Under the pieces are notes generated by a model. The model saw nothing but the letters and a program-made list of their open reading frames with translations. It was not told the origin of the DNA and did not search any database. This document shows, piece by piece, positions 1-8,282 of a stretch of DNA of 64,000 nt. How positions within the stretch are numbered: the stretch's first letter is position 1; each line of letters starts with the position of its first letter. A program made the translations under genes and the position numbers. The DNA is from Andalucia godoyi And28 (taxonomy: Eukaryota; Protista; Jakobida), in the NCBI GenBank assembly GCA_009859145.1, contig VRVR01000054.1, positions 1-64,000 on the forward strand, in the 5' to 3' direction.

Positions 1-490
1 CAGGTTTTCTACGTCCAAGGCGCTGGTTCTGCGTCACTGGTGCTGCATGTATGTTTACTTGCGACTTGCTTTGCTTTTATGCAAGCACTGTCCTGTTCCG
101 GACAGTGCGCCATCGCTTCTGATCATGGTCACTACATTTTGAATGTCGCGTCTGCTACGGCCTCAGATGCGATTGGCTGTCATGCTCTGTGTTTTCTGAA
201 CCCCCTGCTGTGTAAAACGTCGCATCTTTTCCATCCCCCATCCGCGCGCTGATGTAATGTCTCGCTGCATTTCCTTCATCTCAACAATGCATGCCGGACT
301 CGGGTCAAATCACCGGCCTTGTTCGAGGGTACGCACACCAAGATGAGGTGACGAGGGGTTTGCAGAACCCTGTCGTGTTTAGTGCCCGGGCCAGGCAAAA
401 AAAGAATCTGCCTTCTTACCACGAGCTTTCGCTACCATACGGCCGCACCAACGACTGGCACTGCTGGACATAGGTTCTCGTCAGCACACA

Positions 491-519
491 ACGGTGGCAG
501 ACCGTAGCACAATCCTAGT
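491..519 (+). mobile_element. Candidate Helitron 3' terminus (hairpin + CTAG|T)
   Basis: ACGGT-GGCAG-ACCGT hairpin (491-505), 9-nt spacer, CTAG (515-518), then T. This is the canonical Helitron 3' end layout, but the stem is only 5 bp. Confidence 0.35.
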
Positions 520-638
520 GTAACGCATTCAGCAAAACATAAAAGGAGAAAAAACGACTGTAGTCGGGAATTAGGTAATTAATATTTTACGTATTACTCC
601 TGAACGGCGTCGTCCCCAGGCGATATTCGTGTGCCAGA

Positions 639-995
639 TTGCTCGCCGTCCCCGACTCCACCAGTCCCCAGCATTACCTCAGAAAAAGTGCTGTGGACCA
701 TTTTCCGTATTTGTCACTCGGGCAAGCATGCATGGACAAGCTTTCTGAGGAGGGTATCCGCATTGCACAAGGACCCGGACTGCCACTGCCACAACGGCGT
801 GCGCTGCTGCTGCAAAATATCGGAAATGCTCCGCCAATGTTTGAGAACGGGGATGCTCTGGATGAAGCGCCGTTTGGCAATCCTTTCGAATCTGAAGAAG
901 AAGAGGACGACGACGATGATGATAGTGATGATGATGACGATGGCGATCGGAACGGCTTCGAGATGCTGACTGTTCCTGCAATGATGCCTATATAA
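639..995 (+). CDS. Small acidic hypothetical protein (start uncertain; first ATG at 732)
   Basis: 118-codon ORF with an EEEEDDDDDDSDDDDD tract, followed by an AT-rich 3' region. No recognisable domain. Confidence 0.3.
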   Translation: MLAVPDSTSPQHYLRKSAVDHFPYLSLGQACMDKLSEEGIRIAQGPGLPLPQRRALLLQNIGNAPPMFENGDALDEAPFGNPFESEEEEDDDDDDSDDDDDGDRNGFEMLTVPAMMPI

Positions 996-1024
996 ATTGA
1001 TATCATAATTGTATAATGTTTTAT

Positions 1025-1055
1025 AATCTTGCAGCAATCTTGCAGCAATCTTGCA
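1025..1055. repeat. 11-bp tandem repeat (AATCTTGCAGC, about 2.8 copies)
   Basis: Units at 1025-1035, 1036-1046 and 1047-1055 (partial). Confidence 0.85.
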
Positions 1056-1160
1056 TTGCAAAATTGCATTTTACCAACCCCAGGCCGGACGCTGACAGTT
1101 TTGGGGCCGTCGACACAAGGAAAAAAAGTGCGTGCCCTGAGTCGGGTAGTCAATTCCAAA

Positions 1161-2318
1161 TCAAATACTGTCAAAATCGATTTTGCCTTCGCGCCTGACC
1201 ATCCACGTTTTGCCACCGTGTTCCACAGTAGCCGAGCAGAGAAGTCCAAGACTCTCGAAACTGTTTCGCAACATCTGTCGAACAGTTTGGTCGACGTCTT
1301 CTGTTTCCATCTTTTGATCAAGCTCTTCAACAGAACAGACAAGGTAGGCATACTCAAGAATCGGCGCCCGATAAATGAATGCAATCTGTGTGTAGCACGT
1401 GATCGCGACATCCAGCAAAAGCGAAAAGAGAAAGGAAGGTGCAGAGCGCGGATCACCCCCTTCTCGTCCTTTAACGAGGGCATCAATGTACAGACTTCGA
1501 TCCGTGAACATGGGAAACGGAACAGGAAGGACAGAATCAAGGATTCGCTTGCTAAGGAAACGACATATTCGTCCATTCCCATCCGGAAAAGGATGCAGAT
1601 CAACAAAGTGAAACTGCACAAAGGCGGCAAGTGCAAAGATGTAGCTGACGCGCGAGGTTTCCGGGGAGAGGATGTTATCAATTGCCTTTGCCAACGATTG
1701 AACAATATTGAACAGCTGAGAACACCGTTCCATGAGAACGGAATGATGGGGATAAACGTGTTGCGTGCCGTCGGGATTCTTGGTGAACACGCCACCACTC
1801 CGAAATGATCCGCATGCAAGGATGTCAAAACCGTGAACATTCTCAAACATCTCTTTGTGACGCTTCAACACCCAAGGAACGTCAAAAATGTGTTCCTGGA
1901 CTCGGCCGGGTGGAGAGTATGTTTCTCGGAGCACTGATAGCGAATTCAGAACAAGTTGTTCCGGAGACGAACAACCAGCTACATCCCTCTTGAAGTTCTT
2001 AACCAAATTTTCCGTGTCTTGGTCCGTTGGAAGACTGTCACCTTCCAGTTGTTGCGAATAGTGGATCCAACTTGCGACGGTGGGTGCCACGGTTGCAGCA
2101 CGGACTCGGTCAGGCAAGGCCTTATAGCGCTCAAGGAGAGACCATAGTTTCCCGACCTTGTCTAGAACTTGAACGGATTGTGAAAACGACAGAAAAAATT
2201 CTAATGAATCTCCCGACTTCTTCCCATCCCGTTCGCGAACCCGGCAAAACCCGTCGATTGTCTCCTCCAATAACGTGGTCGGAGGACCGAAATCAAGTCT
2301 GGCGTTAATGCTGTTCAT
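1161..2318 (-). CDS. Fic/Fido-domain protein (putative AMPylase) with N-terminal autoinhibitory motif
   Basis: Intact 385-aa ORF. HPFPDGNGRICR matches HPFx(D/E)GNGRxxR; SQQLEG matches the (S/T)xxxE(G/N) inhibitory motif. Confidence 0.92.
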   Translation of the reverse strand: MNSINARLDFGPPTTLLEETIDGFCRVRERDGKKSGDSLEFFLSFSQSVQVLDKVGKLWSLLERYKALPDRVRAATVAPTVASWIHYSQQLEGDSLPTDQDTENLVKNFKRDVAGCSSPEQLVLNSLSVLRETYSPPGRVQEHIFDVPWVLKRHKEMFENVHGFDILACGSFRSGGVFTKNPDGTQHVYPHHSVLMERCSQLFNIVQSLAKAIDNILSPETSRVSYIFALAAFVQFHFVDLHPFPDGNGRICRFLSKRILDSVLPVPFPMFTDRSLYIDALVKGREGGDPRSAPSFLFSLLLDVAITCYTQIAFIYRAPILEYAYLVCSVEELDQKMETEDVDQTVRQMLRNSFESLGLLCSATVEHGGKTWMVRREGKIDFDSI

Positions 2319-2556
2319 CTTTTTAGATCAAGAAAAGAACCGGAATTCAAAGACGGGTCAATACAACTCATTCTCACAGTCAATTTTATAAAGAAAGGGA
2401 GAATATGGAAAAGATTCAAACAACCGCAGTTTTGAAGCAGCGCACGAAGCCGTTTTACAGGTGATATGCCGCCGGTACCCTGGATTATTCGTTCTCTTCA
2501 GCAGCTGTTCAAGCTTGTTCAAGTTGAACGACTGCAACTCCGGATGATGTCACTTA

Positions 2557-2620
2557 CGGTGTCTCATTTGCCGTCTGATGTGTCGCACGCTTGATTGCTT
2601 GATTCTACAACATGCTTCCC
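2557..2620 (+). repeat. Left terminal inverted repeat
   Basis: Core 2570-2611 (GCCGTCTGATGTGTCGCACGCTTGATTGCTTGATTCTACAAC) matches the reverse complement of 4832-4873 at 40/42. The outer part is degenerate. Confidence 0.85.
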
Positions 2621-2730
2621 TGAAACATTTTGATGTCATTTGGCCAATTCGCCCATGTTCAAAATTGCGTGGCAAGGTCTTGGTTCGATTTCTTTTTTGG
2701 AGAATTTATCTTCGCAGGGAATCTGCTGTT

Positions 2731-4097
2731 TCACTTTTCATCATCGTCGTCATGATTTTGCTCACCACCACCAGTACGCTGTCTGTCCTGACAGGTCTTC
2801 TCTTGACCTGAGATGCTTGATTTCGTGTCCTGGAGCGACACAAAGGGAGGCTGATGCCCCGTTCCTTGCAGAGCGTCGTCCGTGACATCATCTTCGGCCT
2901 CTACGCCGGCCTCGACGGCTCCGCGCAGAACCTCGGGTCTTTGCTCAAGGCCCCATTCTCCGAATTTGCGAGTAGCTGCAGCTTCTTTGTCGTCACCTGC
3001 GTGAATGTGATCGAGAAGTCGGCGGGACGAAATTGGTAGGCGGCACAAACAGTCGTGAAAGAACGACAGCGTATGATCCCACGCCCCCTGGATTTGCTTG
3101 GTGGTGATCTCGAAGTAGGACTTGCATATGAGATCGACGAGGTTTTCTTTCGAGTTTGGGATAATGGTCGTCAGCAGTCTGGAAAAGTAGTACTTCCAGA
3201 TACTGAAGACTTCTTCGCATGGATCCAGGAATGGCGAATATGCAGGTATGTAGCCTAGTTCCACATCTTGCGGAATGACAGACTGCACGATGCTGGTCTT
3301 GTGAAATGCGCAGTTGTCCTGAAGAATCAGCTGTCGAGCCCCATCTTGCCGTGGCAATTCACCCTTGGAGGTGAGTTCCTTGAAGAGATTCTGAAGGAAA
3401 AGTGCGTATGTCATCCCATTGACACTTCCCGTGAAACATTCGAAGTACACGATGCGGGTGCAATTGACTGCGACAATTGCAGTGATTTTCGGAATGGAAA
3501 GTTTGCCGATCGGCAGCACCGGTCGACAACCTCGGACGCTGAGTCCTTTGACCGGCTGGACGCAGTAGTTGAATGGGGTTTCATCGATGAAGATGGCTTC
3601 GTCACAAGACCTTCGTTTTTTGTCATCATGGTCGTCGCGTAGTCAAATCTCGCGTCGATGTTCTTGGTCAAGTTTCTGCTGACTGGTACCGGGTAGAAGT
3701 CATCTGCTCGAAATACCAAGTAATCGTGCATCCAATGTTTCAATGTTTTTGAGCTTAAATGCGGATCAAGTGCTTGAAGCTCGGGGAATTGTTGTTGCAG
3801 CAATTTCATCACATCGACGTAGTGGAGGGAGGTGCTCACCGCCATTTGCCGCGCGGCCCAAAGAAGATGGTCGTCAGAGAAGGTTCTCGGCCGTCGACAC
3901 TTTGGATTCGCCGCTCCGTGTGCGACTGGCTCGAGCGGATCTTCTCCTCTTTCCTGTCGCTTCCGCATCCGATCAAATGTTCTTCGGAGTGTCGTCTCCT
4001 TGTGCTGCATCACGCTTGCGAGTTCTCTGATGTTGGCATTTCCAAGGATCATCAGATGATTGTTCCACAACAGCTCTCTGTCACGCGCTGCGAGATT
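2731..4097 (-). CDS. IS630/Tc1-type DDE transposase split over two frames (ORF-A open 4097-3411, HTH-like; ORF-B open 3642-2731, catalytic)
   Basis: ORF-B contains IFIDETPF, LQDNCAFH and YSPFLDPCEEVFSIWK, with 33 residues between D and E (DD33E). ORF-B is in the -1 frame; A_AAA_AAC lies at 3621-3615. Could be a pseudogene. Confidence 0.85.
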
Positions 4098-4720
4098 TCA
4101 TCCTTTGGCGAGTGTTCTTTTCTATGCCCTGCTGTTTTATCGGCAATTGCTTGTTCTTTTTTGTCCTCTTCGACGCTTTGAAGGACCGCTTTCATCAGAA
4201 ATTGCCTCATTCCTGCGTGCACTGTCGCTTGCCGTGCTGCCGTTTGTTCATCTGCTTTCTCCTTGAGCTTCTGTGCATGTTGAGCTTCCTTCAATTGACG
4301 TTTCCTTGCAGACCTTGACTTGAAATCTCGAACTGTAGTCTGTCCAAGTTCGGGGAATTGGTCTTGTGAAATGGGATGCAGATTCAGTTCGTCCTCGGCA
4401 CAAGGCAAGACGGTCGTCGCGATTACTGTGGAAACCGGCTGATTCCTGCATCAATAGGGCCTTCCGCTGCATTGTGCCTCCGAACAACCGGCAATTTTGG
4501 CGAAGTTCTTTGGGGACGTTGCTGGAGATTTCCTTGGGGGACAGGTGCCAAGAGTCCTTTGCTGGATGAGTTGCTGGAGTGCTTCAGGAACTTGCGGAAC
4601 GGGAGTAAGTGACGTGGGGTGCGAAGACTGTTCAATAGCTCTGTTCCAAGCTTGGAATGGGTCGAACGGCACCTTACCATGCGAATTCTGCATGTTGAAA
4701 CATAAACTTTCGATGTTCAA
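4052..4720 (-). pseudogene. Additional ORF inside the transposon, interrupted by an in-frame TGA (4451-4453)
   Basis: ORFs 4451..4720 and 4052..4408 share a frame and are separated only by one TGA. The product has a Cys cluster and a charged helical segment; no known domain. Confidence 0.35.
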
Positions 4721-4824
4721 TGCAGTTTCAATGTTTTATTTGGTTTTGATTTATTCTATTTCTTTTTGGTTTTTTTGGACTTCGTTTGTGCTTGATTAAA
4801 CATCGTAAATCGCAAGAGGGAACG

Positions 4825-4893
4825 GGAGCAAGTTGTAGACTCAAGCAATCAAGCGTGCGACACTTCAGACGGCCAATTTTTTGAGAACCACTG
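4825..4893 (-). repeat. Right terminal inverted repeat
   Basis: Reverse complement begins CAGTGGTTCTCAAAAAATTGGCCGTCTGAAGTGTCGCACG and aligns with the left repeat. Confidence 0.85.
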
Positions 4894-4907
4894 TTTCCCC
4901 GTCTGCT

Positions 4908-6561
4908 ATGATAAATCGTGATTTCTTGCTCAGTTTCAACGAATTTCTGATTTCTTTGGCAACAACGACAAAAGGGAACCAGCAGATGAGCAACCTCACT
5001 TCTATGGTGGAAGGTCTCCTGCTCACAGAGCAGGAGGATCAACAACTGGGCCGAGAAGCATTCAGCACCTCCGCTCTTCTTTTTCTTCAACACGCAGTCG
5101 CTCAAACTCCGGAATCGTACAATGTGACCAGTGAATTGTAGGGCGTTTTGGCGGTGTGTCGAGATGCGCGAGCGGTGTATCAGAAACTTCTTGTCCGTCC
5201 ACATGTATTGGTCGAGGAGCGAGTGTTCCTATTCAAAGAAGTGTTAGCGACGTTCCGGTCAGTATGGGCAGCAATGCGAACACTATCGATCGACCATCCA
5301 TTGTACTTGCCTCCAATCTACGAGCAAAGCAATTCCATGCTGTCCGACTTATTGACCCAGCTCGTCCGCATGGTTTTGCAAAGGGAATGGAATCGAGAGA
5401 GGAGTTTCGATACGGATCATGCGATTATTGGTGGTGTTGAGGGAACTGGAAAGACAACAATTGTGAAAGCTCTGGCGGTGGCGGTGGCTGCATGTTCTAG
5501 TACTTTTTTTCTCGTCTATGTCGACTGTAAGAGTCCATATGACAGGCCTGTAGCGCTGAAATGGCTGAGTCTCCTCTTTCGTGAGGTTTTTGTTCGACAA
5601 CGTGGCAGTAATTTCAATCAAGTGTTCGGCCACCGGCTCGACGATCTTAACAATGCTGTTCATCTCTTGAAAGACTGGGATCTACGTAAGGTGGTTGGTA
5701 AGTTGCCGTTCTCCGTTGGAATCATAGTGGACGAAGTTCAATCTTTGTTCGTTCCTGGTGTCGTCGATCCTAATGATGTCTGTGTGGCAGCAATTGCTGA
5801 ATTGGAGTATTTTGCAAAACATGTCCCAGGTTCACTTGCGATCCTCACTGGCTCTTCTGCCAACCTTCGTTCCATGTTGTTCGAGAGTATGCGAGACCCA
5901 AGATACAGTAGGTACGCAGACTTCAACAAATCCCTGTGTCAATACTACCATGTGGCAGCGATACGTGATTGTGCACAGCTCAAATCATACATGAAGTGTC
6001 GGTATGGTCGCGAGTTTTCTGACGAAGAGGTTTCCGAGGCGATGCATTTCACTGGCGGCATCGGTCGAGCGGTTCACAACCGTGTTTCTGACCCAGCAGC
6101 TCCCAGATTTTCCGCGACTGGTTTCTCCTGCCTACGAGTTTTCAAATACTGAGTCACCGTTTTATGCCTTCGTGAATCTGATGCGAAAGACTGTGCCTCG
6201 TCAGTCGTCTGCTCTGGAGGAAGCAATTGTACGCTGGGCAACAAAAGGCAAAGCTTTTCTTGTGCCGAAGGATGTAAGCATTTCTCACTCGGAAGCTATT
6301 GCTAACTTGCGTAGATTACTAGGATGCGACGAAGGGATAGCTGACTCTTGGATTCATAAGTGGGTGGAACATGGACTGTTGTATGTCGAGCAGACGTTGG
6401 TAGATGAAAATTTCTCTGCGTCGCATGTGCAGCTATCACAGCCTCGTGATGCCGAGACGTATTTCAGCAAAGGCGCACCGTCGGTGTTGGACTTTGTCCG
6501 CATGTTCACGGTCTGCCAAGTGGCACAGATACGAACGCAGGTTTTGACCTTGAGGACTTGA
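4908..6561 (+). pseudogene. P-loop NTPase (AAA+/STAND-like) pseudogene
   Basis: ATG 4908; in-frame TAG 5139-5141; Walker A GGVEGTGKTT; Walker B IIVDEVQ; LTGSS sensor strand; TGGIGR. A +1 frameshift near 6095-6110 leads into ORF 6004..6561. Confidence 0.8.
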
Positions 6562-6578
6562 TGCTTCCGGATGAAGAC

Positions 6579-8282
6579 TCATTCGCGACATGTCTGCCGG
6601 TATCTTTCATTAGACGGGGACACTGTAGTTTCTAACACCAATGGAATTCTCGAAGGATTGGATTTCGCGTTGCGGATCGCTTCTGCTAACCTCTTCTGGA
6701 ACAAATCGTTGCTGCGATCGGACATAACGTAAAGAAGAGCATCCGCTGCAATTCTGGAAAAAACGGACGGAGAACAGAACGAAGACAGTCGTTCAGAAGT
6801 GCAAGTTCCAGAAACGAATGCAAGCCCTTCCAGCCTTTTCACTCTACTGATTGCAACGAACGTCAAGCCAGGGCTCAATTCTCGATTCCCAAGATCTACC
6901 ACAGCCATGTCCAGAGTCATTCCTTGGCTCTTGTGGATTGTGATAGCATATGCCAGAGTCAACGGAATTTGCTTGCGAAAGATGACTTGTTTTCCTGTGG
7001 ACGAAGTGTTCGTCTTGTGTTTGGCAACAGAAACGTATGGCACAGGCACGAACTTCTCTTCACCGGGTCGACTTGAAAATGGAGGCCCTGTGTATAAGGG
7101 GAAGTTCACAACTACGAATGCAGGAAGCCCCTGCGGAGGTTGTTCGGCAGTAGGGCTCTCGTAAACAACAGCCACGACCGTTCCCAACGATCCATTAACC
7201 AATCCGGCTTCAGTTGCTAAATTTGTTCTTAGCATGACTGGAGCACCCATGCATAATAGCAGCACAGAAGGCAAGCCACCGAACAGCTGAGCCGTCGCCT
7301 GTCTTGCTGACTGAATTTCGCGCACTGATCCAGTGTGAACTGCCTCAATGCGAACGATGCCGCCTGGAGCTTCCTTCGAAGCGTCCAAAACACTCATATT
7401 GTTATGAGTATTTGCACTTTTGTTCGTTGGAAACAAATGGATTGCACGCTTGAACTTCGCTGCTTCTTCTTCCGGTAACATGACTAACTGTCGTTGGTAT
7501 AACAGTGTAAAATCCCGGTTCGTCAATTGTCCGTCTCGTGTTCGCAAAAGCAGGTCTCGAAATTCTGCTTGATCATCTCCAGCTTGTCGCATAACTTTCG
7601 AAAGCACAAATGACCTATCAACGGACTGGAAAGCTGTTTCACCGGCAAGCGCATAAGCACAGGAACTTGGAACCGGAACCGGAACGTACATAGGAACTGC
7701 CCCAACGGGAGGCAGTTGGCCAAAATCTCCGAAAAGAAAAATTGACAACCCGCCGAACGGATGATTATTACAAAAAAATTGCTTCAATCGAGAATCTACG
7801 TAGCCGAACATCTCGCGAGAGACCGTACTGCGTTCGTCAACTACGATATACCAAACTATCTTCATGGATTGTTGTAGGTCATTAAGAACTGGACCATCCA
7901 GGACGTTGAACTCCTTGGAAACAGGAAGGTGCAGAACAGAGTGCAATGTTGAACCGCGTACGTTGCAGGCGGCTGCTCCAGTTGGAGCAAGGACTCGCAC
8001 ATTATCTTCTCCAACCACCTGAACAATACTTCGAACAACCACACTCTTTCCAGTACCTGCAGTTCCAGTCACGAAACATCGAATGGGCCTGTGTTTTTTT
8101 GTTAAAGCAAACCACTGCTCACAATCAGCCACGGCATCCAGAACTCTTTTTTGGTCCTCATTTAACACGACACTCCCTGTGACGGATTCTACAGCTATCG
8201 AACGATTACGTGTCCCATCCTTGACAGCTTTCAGAAACTCTCTCGCATGCTCTCGTGTTGCTGGGAAGGAGTTCCTCCATGC
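6579..8282 (-). CDS. Pif1-family helicase domain of RepHel (frame open, separated from Rep by TAA 8283-8285)
   Basis: GTAGTGKS, LAPTGAAA, STLHS, VVDERS, FGDFGQLPPV, AYAITIHKSQGMTL and VAISRV. Same frame as ORF 8283..9776. Confidence 0.92.
   Translation of the reverse strand, partial: AWRNSFPATREHAREFLKAVKDGTRNRSIAVESVTGSVVLNEDQKRVLDAVADCEQWFALTKKHRPIRCFVTGTAGTGKSVVVRSIVQVVGEDNVRVLAPTGAAACNVRGSTLHSVLHLPVSKEFNVLDGPVLNDLQQSMKIVWYIVVDERSTVSREMFGYVDSRLKQFFCNNHPFGGLSIFLFGDFGQLPPVGAVPMYVPVPVPSSCAYALAGETAFQSVDRSFVLSKVMRQAGDDQAEFRDLLLRTRDGQLTNRDFTLLYQRQLVMLPEEEAAKFKRAIHLFPTNKSANTHNNMSVLDASKEAPGGIVRIEAVHTGSVREIQSARQATAQLFGGLPSVLLLCMGAPVMLRTNLATEAGLVNGSLGTVVAVVYESPTAEQPPQGLPAFVVVNFPLYTGPPFSSRPGEEKFVPVPYVSVAKHKTNTSSTGKQVIFRKQIPLTLAYAITIHKSQGMTLDMAVVDLGNRELSPGLTFVAISRVKRLEGLAFVSGTCTSERLSSFCSPSVFSRIAADALLYVMSDRSNDLFQKRLAEAIRNAKSNPSRIPLVLETTVSPSNERYRQTCRE

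Larger units (their letters stand above)
2557..4893 (-). mobile_element. IS630/Tc1-mariner-like DNA transposon, about 2.3 kb
   Basis: Inverted repeats flank a DDE transposase. Ends read TA|CGGTG at the left and CAGTG (reverse complement) at the right, followed by TT rather than TA. Confidence 0.75.

Noticed and set aside
674-1846. 390-codon alternative-frame ORF (and the 1029..1808 antisense ORF) overlapping Fic
   Set aside because: 1029..1808 is the in-register antisense shadow of Fic. 674..1846 is surprisingly long but has no motif, and its tail is the antisense of an acidic repeat. Treated as a shadow ORF without expression data.
2731-6561. Fanzor/TnpB nuclease associated with the IS630-like element or the Helitron
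   Set aside because: No RuvC I/II/III or Zn-ribbon pattern was seen in any ORF of the island; the cargo is Fic and a P-loop NTPase.
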